A stretch of DNA of 49,618 nucleotides from Candidatus Methylomirabilota bacterium (GTDB lineage Bacteria > Methylomirabilota > Methylomirabilia > Methylomirabilales > Methylomirabilaceae): positions 3,226 through 52,843 of the forward strand of contig JAHFDH010000002.1 of assembly GCA_023249055.1 (NCBI GenBank). Reading direction: 5' to 3'. The translations under genes and the position numbers were made by a program. The notes under the pieces were generated by a model, which was not told where the DNA came from, did not search any database, and was given only the letters and a program-made list of their open reading frames with translations. Shown piece after piece: positions 26,014 through 36,045 of the stretch. The stretch's first letter is position 1. Each line of letters opens with the position of its first letter.

Positions 26014-27681
26014 TCACCTTACCGCGTCAGCCATGCGGCGGCAATCCGCCACCAGAACTTGGTCATCCTGCCAGACAATCATCTCGGGAGGGAGTTCGAG
26101 GGCGGCGAATCGCTGCCGGCCGGCGATTTTCACCTTAATATACGTATTGTAAGGCTCGTCGTAGATGGGGCGGCTCGCTAGGTAGCCCGGCGAGAAACGA
26201 ACCCTGTTCACTACCAGATAATCGACGCTGTGCTTGCCACAAAAACGCGCGATCTGCGCCTCAGAATCCGAATAATACGCGTCCAGGAGGTCGTTCGTTC
26301 GCTCCCGAATCATCCGATAATAATTGACATGGTATGGCAGGGATAGCTCTCGATTGACCAACACCTTCCGCCTGCTGAAGATTGGGATCCAATCCATGTC
26401 GATCGGATGGCCGGCAATCATGGCATCCTTGGGCAGAGTAGCAATGAAGCTGGTCAACCGATCGTAAGTAAATCGCCGCATAACCTTCGCTGAACTCACG
26501 CCCATGCCGAGGACAAAGAAGCAAGCGACGAGGGCAACCGCCCCCACATCTGCCGCGGCAACACGTCTGGAGCGAAGCCATAGAATCGGGATCAGTTCGG
26601 CCACCTGCTCCAACGTGGGCCTCAGATGGATGGAGACGAAAACCATAATAGACAGAGGAATGGCCACCATAGCGTATCTCGAAGGTAAGAAGAGCCTGAA
26701 GAGGAACAGGTGGGCGAGGACGAAGCAACAGAGGGAGGCCATGACGAGATACCACACCTCCTTCAATGTTGTGAACGCCCGCGCTCTTAAGAGCAGGCCG
26801 ATCAGCACCGCTGTGATGAATAGGATCTTCAATTGGCCTTGAAAGCCAAGTCCAGATCGCCGCGCCTTCAAGAAGTGGAAGGTCCACGTCCCGAAGAAGT
26901 AGGAGACCCGCCCTCCTTCCTGGAATTCCGGCATCGTCACAGCCTCGGCGTAAGTGACCAAGCGACCTGCGGCGTCATCCTTCTGAACGATGTAAACGAA
27001 CATTAAGACAGTAAGGGCAACAACGGTACCAGCCAGGAAATGAACAAGACCTTTCTTCCTGAGCCCCAAGGTGAGGCGTCGAACGTCCAGGAAGGAAATT
27101 GCCCAGGCCCCCGCGCAGACCAGCACGGTGGGAGGGTAGAACAGGGCGCCTGCCACCAGCAACGCCGACGCGATGAGATACCGTGTTCGCACAAGGCTGT
27201 ATAGAAAGAGGATCAGAATAGGGTAGCTGAAAGAGTGCGCCAGGCCTCCGGAAAACAGACCAGCATCCCAGATCACGGTCAGAAAGAACGCAACAAGGAT
27301 GAAGCCAGAGAGCGCATCTTTGAGCCACAACCCGAGCCTGAACAGGACGACCGCGCACAGAGGGATAAGCAGGAGTGGCAAGAGCTTCGAAAACAGCAGG
27401 GGTTCCACGAAGAAGCTCATGAGGTAATACAGGGCCACAAACCCGTAGGGGGCGGCTCTTGGCCTGGAGGTGAAATCGGTGAGGGGATCATCCCTGAAGA
27501 GTTCTGGATCTTGAAAGTGAGCCATCCAGTAGATGTGTTGTCGCGTATCGTTGTGGATCACATACGGATCGAAGAGCGAGGGCTGCTCCATGACAAATGC
27601 GACTATGAGGGCCGCCGTGAAGCAGCAGAGGGTGAGAAGCCAGACCCGTTTCGTCTGCCCGAGTGGTTCAATAATGTTCAT
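26014..27681 (-). CDS. Polytopic membrane protein, possibly GT-C-fold glycosyltransferase
   Basis: First TM followed by a loop with acidic residues (NDTRQH...DPELFRDD), many TMs, PSRY motif and a soluble C-terminal domain. ATG 27681 after GAGGG. Confidence 0.65.
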   Translation of the reverse strand: MNIIEPLGQTKRVWLLTLCCFTAALIVAFVMEQPSLFDPYVIHNDTRQHIYWMAHFQDPELFRDDPLTDFTSRPRAAPYGFVALYYLMSFFVEPLLFSKLLPLLLIPLCAVVLFRLGLWLKDALSGFILVAFFLTVIWDAGLFSGGLAHSFSYPILILFLYSLVRTRYLIASALLVAGALFYPPTVLVCAGAWAISFLDVRRLTLGLRKKGLVHFLAGTVVALTVLMFVYIVQKDDAAGRLVTYAEAVTMPEFQEGGRVSYFFGTWTFHFLKARRSGLGFQGQLKILFITAVLIGLLLRARAFTTLKEVWYLVMASLCCFVLAHLFLFRLFLPSRYAMVAIPLSIMVFVSIHLRPTLEQVAELIPILWLRSRRVAAADVGAVALVACFFVLGMGVSSAKVMRRFTYDRLTSFIATLPKDAMIAGHPIDMDWIPIFSRRKVLVNRELSLPYHVNYYRMIRERTNDLLDAYYSDSEAQIARFCGKHSVDYLVVNRVRFSPGYLASRPIYDEPYNTYIKVKIAGRQRFAALELPPEMIVWQDDQVLVADCRRMADAVR

Positions 27682-27774
27682 CACTGTCCCTCTGGGAACC
27701 AGTAATCCAGCACGTCCACCCACTGGGCAATGTGACCTCGGCCAACTATCGGCGAACACAGAGCGTGGCGTTTG

Positions 27775-28119
27775 GCATCGGGCGGATTGGTCACGCTAGC
27801 ACGCTGCCAGCGCGCCACCGGGTGGTGTCGCTGGTAGCCACCATCTCCTCCCATCGAGAGGATCGGGAGGCAGCCCGGAAGAAGATCGGAAACTTCGTAG
27901 AGGTCTGCGTCAAATGTCCCTTGGCCATCTGCATCGCCAAGGGTGCGAAAGGATTGTACCAGAAGGCGGTCAATGGGTCTATTTCCTTTTCACGGGGGTC
28001 TCCGATCCTACGAGGAACCGCTGGAGCCGGAAATCGTTCTGCAGACTGATCTGGAGACCCCAGAGCAGAGCGCAGCCGCGGTCCTCAGGCGCCTACAGGA
28101 TCTCGGGTATCTCTTCTGA
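27775..28119 (+). pseudogene. cysC: Truncated, frameshifted second cysC copy
   Basis: Aligns by eye to the C-terminal part of 22869..23396 (RVVSLVATISS..REAARKKIGNFVEVCVKCPL..KGLY / FTGVSD / YEEPLEPEIVL..RLQDLGYLF). P-loop half missing; two 1-nt deletions near 27988 and 28008. Confidence 0.85.
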
Positions 28120-28185
28120 CGGCCACTCTCGCCGGTCTTCTTCTTTTCTTTTCGGCCCAGCTCCCTCGAAACACCCCTCGTCCTG

Positions 28186-30474
28186 CTATGGACAGGTCCC
28201 AACAAAGTTCGCCTTTGCGTTGCTCCCCGCAATCGTCACCGTCAGACTCGATGGTGTGAACGTACAGCCCACCTTAGCAGGGGTCACTGTGTATGTCCCA
28301 TTGCCCAACTGATTGAATCGATAGTGGCCCTTGTTGCTCGTCATCGCTGTGTCGCTACAGCTTCCGGGACCGCTCAGCGTCATTGTCACGCCAGAAAGCC
28401 CTTTGCCGTTCACCGTCTTCACGTTCCCCTGAAGCGCACGAGAACCGGTCCCAAGGCAGCTTATTCCCCCTACATTCACCGTCGTCACTGCCGCTGCCGC
28501 GTTATTCGTCGGGTCAGGGTCAGACTCGTTGGCCGTCACGGAGGCGTTGTTGGTCACTGTTCCCGCCGCCGTAGGTGTGACCGTGATCGTCACGGTCGCG
28601 CTGGCGCCACTGGCCAAGCCTCCCAGATTGCAGGTCACCGTGCCGGAGGCCTCGGTGCAGGGGGGGAGGTGGCGGAGGCGAAGGTCACGCTTGACGGCAG
28701 CGTATCGGTCAGCACGACGCCTGTAGCGGCATCTGGACCGTTGTTGGTCACTGTCACCGTATAGGTCAGCGTACCCCCGATTGTGATCGGATCGGGAGAG
28801 TCGGTCTTGCTCAGCGAGAGGTCGGCGCCCGACGCTGCCCCGCACGAGGGGAACTTGAAGGCGCCGATGCGGGTCTGCCAGCCGGCTGAGCTGGTGGTCG
28901 CGTAGTACTCCTGCGTGTACCAGAAGGTACAGTCGTCTGTCGGGTCAACGGCCATCATGCTGTAGTCGCCCCAGCGGGAGAACTTGGAAGTCTGTGAACC
29001 GCTTCCCGCGATCAGCTCCGCTTCACCCTGCGGCATCGTGCCCAGGGGATCGCCTGCGAGCCGCCCGACGTAGCGAATTGACGGAAAAACGTTCTTGCTG
29101 GATACGCTGAAGCCCAGCGCCATGTTGCCGTCACCGTCCATGGCCACGCTCCCCATCCAGCGGTGGAGCGCGTCGGGGGCATACGTCCCCTGTTGATGGA
29201 TGGTAGGGCTGCCGCCGCCTGGGTCCCGCACCTCATACCAGCGGATACCAGCGTGGTCGGTCCCATCGACGTCCACGGTGTGGTTGAGCACCAGCGATTC
29301 ATGATCGCCGAAGTTGCGGTACTGCAGCCGGTACATCAGCCAGTCGGAGAGGGCATCCAGCGTCCGCGTCGTGCCCGGCTGCGGGATGCAGTGGGCGGAG
29401 AAGCCGCACAGATTGCTGTCGAACGGGGCCGTGTTCAGGACGACATTCGGATTACCAGACACCCCAAAGGTGGAGTTGGCGGGAATCGTCCAATCCACGT
29501 GGAACTGCCAGATCCGCAAACTGTCGGTAGAAAATCCAAAGGCCGCGTCGTCCACCTCCATGAAATAGCCGAGACTCCCTGCGGGGGGCGGGGAGCCATC
29601 CAGGTCGGCGGGGAGCATCCCACCGAAGTTTCGGTTCACACTGAAGAGATCGAAGTAGAGCATTTGGGCTGGCAGGCCGTCGAGCATCTTCTGGCGCTCG
29701 AAGGCGACCACGCCCGCGCCGGCCCAGTTGTTTCCGACAAACTGGTTGGCGGTCATGTAATAGCCATCCGGCCAGACCCCGAATTTGGGATAGTCGTTGA
29801 ATTTGGTCGTACTGTAGAGGAAATCATACAGGTGCCAGACCCCGGTCGGATCGCCGGTCTGAGAGATGGCAATGCACTGGTGGAAGGGAGGGCCGGCAAA
29901 GGCATTGGCAAACTGGCTCATCAGCCAGCGGTCAGCGAGGTGATCGTACAGGACAATCGGGTCGCCATCGTTAGTGTTCTCGCACGGCCCGCCAAAGCCG
30001 GCCCAGAGGGTATTGTTGGCAGCAGGCCCATACAAGAGCGTGCCGCTCTTGCTGAAGATGGCGAAGGACAGGTTCACGATTTGGACATAGTGATTGGGAC
30101 CCACGTCGCCATTGGTATCTGGCGGAAGCACGCTGTCGATATTACTGATCCCCTCAAAGGTCCGGATGGGCGACGGCATCGCGGCTGCGCCAACCCAGCT
30201 CTGGGCAACTGGGTCAAGCGCCTGCGGCTTCGTCACTGGAGCCGGCAGTCCTTCTATTTTGGGCCGAGGGTGAAGCGGGATCTCGCGAATCGTTACCGAA
30301 CCCCGGGGTGGGATAGGCTTGATCGAACGCAGCGGAGGCGAAACGTCATGCCTCACAGAGTGGGCCAAAGCCGGCCGTAGCGGGTCGCCTGACGGCTGCG
30401 CCTCAGCCGGGCGCACCGAAGAGCCCGATGACCAAGCCGACCAGCGCCAATGTCGCCGAAACCCAGGATCTCAT
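28186..30474 (-). pseudogene. Frameshifted paralogue of the secreted DUF11 protein at 169..2463
   Basis: Track ORFs 28635..30416 and 28186..28845 are consecutive parts of one paralogue, broken at a G7 run (28660-28666). The signal peptide MRSWVSATLALVGLVIG (ATG 30474) is one base out of frame with VRPAEAQ... near 30420. Confidence 0.8.
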
Positions 30475-30619
30475 GACCCATGCCCTCCCTTTGCGAACGG
30501 CGCTACCCTGTCCCAAACAGTTTGCCATGACAGACCCTCTGGACCGTCATGGCACCAGCACATCTACAACCTGCTGCTAGGCGTTCAAACTACCAGCACC
30601 GTTACGCATACGGTCCATT

Positions 30620-31009
30620 CTACTTGACCTTCAGTTTGTCCTTGACCCGTTGCAGCGGCATCTTCACCCAGTCGATGCAGCCGCCTTTCTCCTCCCGAGT
30701 CCAGGACTCCCCGAAGGCGTCGTACTCAACCCAATAGACCCGGTTGTCAAAAAAATGGACGCGGAGGATCTCCATCTCCCCCGGCTTCGCCCCGGGGACC
30801 CATCGCCCCCAGGACTCCTGCTTGAGGTCCATAGGACCCTGGGAGGAGACCAGCTTGGAAACCTGGTCGCGGGCCATCCCAACCTGAAGTGACTGAAACG
30901 CCTGTCGCATTGGACTGGCTGCTGTTGGCACCTGCTGCGCGTAGGCTGGCGCCGTTACGCAAAATATCATCACTGCCAGCAACAGGACACTGGCTGATCG
31001 AGTCATCAT
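30620..31009 (-). CDS. Hypothetical exported protein (129 aa)
   Basis: ATG 31009 after AAGGAGG; signal peptide ending APAYA|QQ. Confidence 0.7.
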   Translation of the reverse strand: MMTRSASVLLLAVMIFCVTAPAYAQQVPTAASPMRQAFQSLQVGMARDQVSKLVSSQGPMDLKQESWGRWVPGAKPGEMEILRVHFFDNRVYWVEYDAFGESWTREEKGGCIDWVKMPLQRVKDKLKVK

Positions 31010-31030
31010 ATCCTCCTTCTGTCCAGGTAT

Positions 31031-31180
31031 GTAGGGGAGGGCGTTATGCCCTCCCGTAAACGGGCGGGGATCAACCCCGCTCCTACGGCTTTCGTGACCC
31101 GCACCCACCAAATCCCCCCGCACCCCCCTTTTATAAAGGGGAGTTACCACGCACGGGCGGACACAGGGGTCCACCCCTAC
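31031..31180. repeat. Cluster of GTAG-type REP-like palindromes
   Basis: GTAG-GGGAGGGC-GTTAT-GCCCTCCC (31031-55, +), GTAGGAGCGGGGTTGATCCCCGCCC (31062-86, -) and GTAGGGGTGGACCCCTGTGTCCGCCC (31155-80, -), plus a CCCCTTT..AAAGGGG hairpin near 31124-31141. Confidence 0.75.
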
Positions 31181-33309
31181 TCCAGCTTCGGTGCGAGCCC
31201 GGACGGAGACGTCTTCGGAGACGACTTGAGCAGCGGTTCCAGCGATTCAACCCGCCCCTTGAACCGTTCGGTGATCGCCCGGCCCTCGTCCGGTGACGCG
31301 ATGACGTGGGGGGTCACCAAGATAACCAGCTCGTTTCGGTCAAACGTGTCACTGGAGCCTCGAAAGAGATACCCTAGCAAAGGGATCTGGCTCAGGAAAG
31401 GAATCCCCGTGTATCCCTTTGACTTATCCGATCGAATAATACCTCCAATCAGCAGCGTCTGACCATCCTCAACCACGACCGACGTCTTCGCCGTCGTTTT
31501 GAGGAATGATGCGGAGCCGGTGCCTCCGAAATTGGATTGATCTACGGCGATATTTTCTGATTCGATATCCAGCGTGACTAATCGCTTCTCGTTCACGTGG
31601 GGCTTGATCCCCATGATAATCCCAATATCTTTTTGCTGGACGGTCTTGAAGGGGGTCGTCGTCCCTCCAGTTTGTAACGCGGAGGTGGACTGCTCCCCCG
31701 TGATAATAGGCACTTCCTGACCGATCTGGATCTTCGCCTCTTTGTTGTTGGCCGTCAGCAGGTGCGGGGTTGCCAGAACCTCCACCTTCGTCACCTGAGC
31801 AATATTATTCAGGACTGCACGTACGTTATCCTTGTCTACAAAAGCAAAGGTAAGACCCGTAGCAGGAGCTCTGCCCTTCTGCACAGTTCCAGCGATCGCG
31901 GTCGCGATGGGCGCGGCTCCATACGTCCCTGCAATGAGGAACTGGCCGCTCCTGATGATCTCTTCCAGGCTAAAGTTAAATGTGTCGGTCAGTCTGATCT
32001 GGGCGAGGAAGAGCTCGATCACGACCTGCTTGGGGACGATATCGAGCTGCTTAATGGTAGCCTCGATGAACTCCCAGTTGCGGGGTGAGGTCCTGATGAC
32101 TATAGCATTGGTCGCGTCGTCTGGGACGATGGTCACCTCCCCCATGACCTCCCCTGGCGCCGGTTCAACGCCAGGTGGGAGGGTGGCTCCCGGGAGTGGC
32201 ACAGGAGCCGGCGGTTGGCCTGGGGCTGGCGCTGGCGGAGGCGGCGGGGCGCCGGGTCGCGCCGGGGGCTGGCCTGGTCTCGCGCCCGACACACCCGGCG
32301 CGCCAGGTGTGGGCGCCCGAGGCAAAGCCTCCCGTCGGCCGTACAGCGTGTTGAGGATATTCGCCAGCTCGACGGCTTTTACGTTCTCGACAAAGTAGAC
32401 AAAGATCCGCTGGACATTATCGCGCTTGGCTGGCGTATCCAACGCCTTAATCGTTTCAAGGAGTCGTCTGACTGTTGACGTCAGGCCTCCGATAATCAGG
32501 CTGTTGGTCTCTTTATGCACCGCGAGCTTCGCGCCTCGACCCAAAAAGGGCTGCAGGATACGGCCCATCTCCTCAGCCGATAGATGATCCAGGCGCACAA
32601 TCTGCGTGAGATATACGCCAATCCCCCGATCGTCAGCCACCTCCTTCCCCACCCGGATCTCCTGGGACTCTTGTTCGGCTGCCGCAAGGGGAACGATTTT
32701 GTAAACGGAGCCGGCCCTCACCGCCGCGAGATTATTGACCTCCAGGATCGCTTCGAGCATCGAAAAGACTTCACCGGCAGGAACCTTGTTGGCATGCATG
32801 GTAACCGGCGCCTTCACCCCGGGGGCCAAGATAAAATTGATCCCTGTGATGTCGGCGATGGACCGAAGGACCAGCTCCAGGTCGGCGTTGTCAAAGTTCA
32901 GCGACACATACTGGGGCCGTCCCGGCTGCCCGGCCGGCATGGAGGGAGCGGGACTGGGAACAGCTTGCGGAGCCGTCGGGACGGCAGGGGCACCTTCTTT
33001 CGCTCCGACGGGAGATGCCGGAACCGGCGCCGGCTCCTCCTCCGGCAACTCTTCTGGCTCCTCCGCCTCGCCCTCTTCTGTCTCTTCTTCTTCGGTCCCT
33101 TCTTGTTGTTGTGCTTGCCCTTGTAATACAGGCGCGGTTGCCGCGGCTGCAATCACAGAAGATGGCGCTGGAGTTTCTCGGGCGCCCTCGAGCCTGACAG
33201 GCACCGTCTTGGACGCCAGGCTGGTTCGTCCCGATGCGTCAATAACAGCGCACGCGGGCAAAAAGACTGCGATCGCTACGATCACAGGAACAGTGCTTCG
33301 GGTAGCCAA
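31177..33309 (-). CDS. gspD: Type II secretion secretin GspD (lipoprotein-type N-terminus)
   Basis: LNFDNADL N0 domain, N3 repeats, PKQVVIE, NNKEAKIQIGQEVP and GIPFLSQIPLLGYLF; FLPAC lipobox. Confidence 0.92.
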   Translation of the reverse strand: MATRSTVPVIVAIAVFLPACAVIDASGRTSLASKTVPVRLEGARETPAPSSVIAAAATAPVLQGQAQQQEGTEEEETEEGEAEEPEELPEEEPAPVPASPVGAKEGAPAVPTAPQAVPSPAPSMPAGQPGRPQYVSLNFDNADLELVLRSIADITGINFILAPGVKAPVTMHANKVPAGEVFSMLEAILEVNNLAAVRAGSVYKIVPLAAAEQESQEIRVGKEVADDRGIGVYLTQIVRLDHLSAEEMGRILQPFLGRGAKLAVHKETNSLIIGGLTSTVRRLLETIKALDTPAKRDNVQRIFVYFVENVKAVELANILNTLYGRREALPRAPTPGAPGVSGARPGQPPARPGAPPPPPAPAPGQPPAPVPLPGATLPPGVEPAPGEVMGEVTIVPDDATNAIVIRTSPRNWEFIEATIKQLDIVPKQVVIELFLAQIRLTDTFNFSLEEIIRSGQFLIAGTYGAAPIATAIAGTVQKGRAPATGLTFAFVDKDNVRAVLNNIAQVTKVEVLATPHLLTANNKEAKIQIGQEVPIITGEQSTSALQTGGTTTPFKTVQQKDIGIIMGIKPHVNEKRLVTLDIESENIAVDQSNFGGTGSASFLKTTAKTSVVVEDGQTLLIGGIIRSDKSKGYTGIPFLSQIPLLGYLFRGSSDTFDRNELVILVTPHVIASPDEGRAITERFKGRVESLEPLLKSSPKTSPSGLAPKLE

Positions 33310-33375
33310 TACTCCCTCCTTCCTTGCGTTCGATGATTCGGAGCCTCAGCCTTTTCGATAGTAGATCGATCAGCG

Positions 33376-34044
33376 TCACTGCCCGCCCCGCTTGAGCGCC
33401 CTCTGTTGCTCACGCATCTGCTGCTTTTCCTGCTTCCGCCTCTGCTTCTCTGCCTGGCCGGCCGCCCCACCACCAGAGGAAGACGACAGCGCGGGCTGGC
33501 TTGTGAAATCGGGAGCGGCAACAATCGACTGGCTTGGTCCTGGAAACGCAGGCGCGCCTATCTGCGCGGAAGGCGCGGCCCCAGTCTCGATGGCGGCCTT
33601 CAGCATGATCTCCTGCGTCGTGTCGCCGCGCTTGAAGGTGATACGATCTTCCTTGATCTCAGTAATCACCCCTCCTGCCACACCTTGCCCTATAGAGTAC
33701 AGGCTCGATTTCCCTTTGTCGCTCAGGATCGCGCGGCGCTCAGAATCGACCAGGATGGTGCCCACCAGCGCCGGAAGCGGGGGCGGAGGCGCAGAACCTC
33801 GCGATCCGACGGGCACTGGAGGCGGCTGCTTGAACGGATTCCTTTCCAGCAACACCTCGAACTGCGTCAGAGGCGGGCGGGGGGTTGGGTTATAGGCGAG
33901 CGCCTCCCCCTCTTGCGACGGCTTCGTGACGGCCGGACTCGGGACCGGGGCGACCGGGGCGACCCACGTCTTCGCCAAGGCGACGCCGATCAGCACCGCA
34001 ACAAGGCCCAGGAGAAGATTCAACATCCGTAGCGGTCTAAGCAC
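33376..34044 (-). CDS. Type II secretion GspC/N-like protein
   Basis: N-terminal TM, RNPF, LVGTIL...AIL...YSIGQ HR-like domain; position in the gsp operon. Confidence 0.65.
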   Translation of the reverse strand: MLRPLRMLNLLLGLVAVLIGVALAKTWVAPVAPVPSPAVTKPSQEGEALAYNPTPRPPLTQFEVLLERNPFKQPPPVPVGSRGSAPPPPLPALVGTILVDSERRAILSDKGKSSLYSIGQGVAGGVITEIKEDRITFKRGDTTQEIMLKAAIETGAAPSAQIGAPAFPGPSQSIVAAPDFTSQPALSSSSGGGAAGQAEKQRRKQEKQQMREQQRALKRGGQ

Positions 34045-34609
34045 CGGAACCTTTTTCCTCCAGCCCCATGGTGTATCCGCTGACCACGAGGGTCACCTGA
34101 AGCTCCGCGCCAGGCCTGGGGAAGGAGGCGTTTATCTGGAGCTTGGGTACCGTGAGCAGCTTTCCAGCGCTTTCGACTTTATACAGGAAGTCGCGAAGTT
34201 TCTTCAAATCGGCGTTCAAGGAGAGTTCTACGGCGACCTGCGTGAACCCTTCTGTCTTTTTTGGCGCGTGAATACTTTCACTCACGATGGTGACCCCGCT
34301 TTCGCCGGCCGCCTTGTGTAGCATCGTCTGAAGATCGGCCGCGGCCAGCGTCAGCTTCTCCCCGGACAACAGCCGCTGTTGCAAGTGGTTAAACAGCGCT
34401 TCAGCCTCCGCGAACTTCTTCTCATACCGTCTCTTGCTTTCGACAACCAGCTGGAAGCGCTCAAGAGCTTCAAGCTGTTCCCGATATTCGCTTCGAACCT
34501 GTATCTGGCTTGAAATAGCCGGGACGACAGCGTAGTTGATGATAAGAAACGCGACCAGCACAACTCCGGCTGCCACGAGAAACTTGCGCTCACGGGAGGA
34601 GATGGTCAT
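34037..34609 (-). CDS. gspM: Type II secretion GspM/PilO-like protein
   Basis: SSRER + TM + coiled coil + FLYKVE ferredoxin-like domain. Confidence 0.75.
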   Translation of the reverse strand: MTISSRERKFLVAAGVVLVAFLIINYAVVPAISSQIQVRSEYREQLEALERFQLVVESKRRYEKKFAEAEALFNHLQQRLLSGEKLTLAAADLQTMLHKAAGESGVTIVSESIHAPKKTEGFTQVAVELSLNADLKKLRDFLYKVESAGKLLTVPKLQINASFPRPGAELQVTLVVSGYTMGLEEKGSGA

Positions 34610-36045
34610 GGCTGCTTCTCTTGTCCGGCCTCGAGCAGCGCCTTGATCTGAAATTCTTGCCCGTCAGCGCCCCGCTGCGCCACGGGCGACGTGAACTGGG
34701 CGTTTTCGAAGACGGGCGACTGCTCCAGAATTGAGATCAGATCGGAAGCAGAGCCGGTGATCGTGCCGCCAATTCGGGCTTCCCGTTTCTCAACCGAGAA
34801 CAGTGTGAGCACCACGCCTTTCGGCAAGATCTGAACCAGTTCGCGCAGCACGTCCAGCTTCCTGGTCTCTTCCTGGTCAATAGTCTGCAGGGTGGCGATC
34901 TGACCGGCGAGCGTGCCGACTTCCCCCTTGAGCTGTTCTACCCTGGCCGCCTCGGTCTGCACCTGGTGAAGCTTGGCGGTCAGATCGGCGAGCGCTCGGC
35001 GCTCACGGATCGCGCCGTTCACCAGATAGGCGAGGCCCAATACCACGATGAGCGTCGTCAGCCGAAGCGCCATCGCGAGGCTTGGATCACGGCGAGGGGG
35101 CGCCAGCTCTTTGGGCAGGAGGTCGATGTCGAGCGGAAGCGGGACGAGACCATGCAGCGCAAGCCCTACAGCCGCGCCGAGCGAATGGGCCACCTGTGGA
35201 TCCACACCGTGTGCATTGATCCGTCGGAAGGGGTGGAGAAACTCCGTCGCAAGACCGGTCCGCTCGGCCAAGTGGTGCAACAGGTCGCCCCTGCCGGCGC
35301 CCGTGCCGGAAACCGAGATTCGGCCTACCCGCTGCCCGCCGTTGACTTCGAGGGGCGCGAGCAGGGCAAAGATCTCAGGCACCAGCACATCAAGGGGTGC
35401 GGACTGGCCGAGGGTCACGTATCTGGCGGATCGCAGAATTCCCTTCTGCGCCAGACCTAACTCGGCCTCTCCGTCCCGCAGATCGATGATGGCGCTCAGG
35501 GGCTCGGCGCCCCGCTCCTGATTGTAGAGGAGGGTGTTGACCGATGCGAACGTCGAGACACCAAGGGCGGTCGGCTTGATCCCCGCCTCTTGCAGCAGGG
35601 CGAGGCGCCGATCAATCTCATCTTTTCTAGCCGCGGCCAACAGTACTGTGGCTTTCTCGGCATCGCGTTCAAGCACCTGGAAGTCGTAGCGGACCTCCTC
35701 CGGAGGGAAGGGAACGTGTCGTTCAACCTCGTAGTCCAGGATCCCCTTCAACTCCTCATCCCCCACCGCCGGCATGTTTACCGAGCGCATGGTAACAACA
35801 CGTCGCGGTAAGCCTGCCGCTATGGAAACAGGACGCCTTGGCAGCCGCGCCATGAGACCCGCCAGTTTCTCCTTAAGGACTTCTGGAGCATCCTTCTCTT
35901 CGGCCGGCAGCTCATCGATACCCCAATCGAGCAGGTGAATCCGCCCGAATACTTTGCTTAACAGGGCATGGCACAGCAGGCCGCCTCGGATATCGATACC
36001 CAAGCCGATTTTCGGTCGTGGGATCAACTCGTTCAGCGTGATCAT
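34606..36045 (-). CDS. gspL: Type II secretion GspL (PilM-PilN-like fusion)
   Basis: GLGIDI actin-like domain, VPFPPEEVRYD, AVGLAL, IDLLP, TM and PilN-like C-terminus. ATG 36045 overlaps the gspK stop. Confidence 0.8.
   Translation of the reverse strand: MITLNELIPRPKIGLGIDIRGGLLCHALLSKVFGRIHLLDWGIDELPAEEKDAPEVLKEKLAGLMARLPRRPVSIAAGLPRRVVTMRSVNMPAVGDEELKGILDYEVERHVPFPPEEVRYDFQVLERDAEKATVLLAAARKDEIDRRLALLQEAGIKPTALGVSTFASVNTLLYNQERGAEPLSAIIDLRDGEAELGLAQKGILRSARYVTLGQSAPLDVLVPEIFALLAPLEVNGGQRVGRISVSGTGAGRGDLLHHLAERTGLATEFLHPFRRINAHGVDPQVAHSLGAAVGLALHGLVPLPLDIDLLPKELAPPRRDPSLAMALRLTTLIVVLGLAYLVNGAIRERRALADLTAKLHQVQTEAARVEQLKGEVGTLAGQIATLQTIDQEETRKLDVLRELVQILPKGVVLTLFSVEKREARIGGTITGSASDLISILEQSPVFENAQFTSPVAQRGADGQEFQIKALLEAGQEKQP

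Noticed and set aside
29163-30380. Long antisense ORFs (29163..30380, 10392..11279, 22422..23414, 38280..39413, 48004..49074)
   Set aside because: They lie opposite well-supported genes and have no motifs; expected shadows in GC-rich DNA.
32150-33120. Pro/Ala- and Glu-rich low-complexity stretches as repeat elements
   Set aside because: They are in-frame linkers of GspD, not independent repeats.
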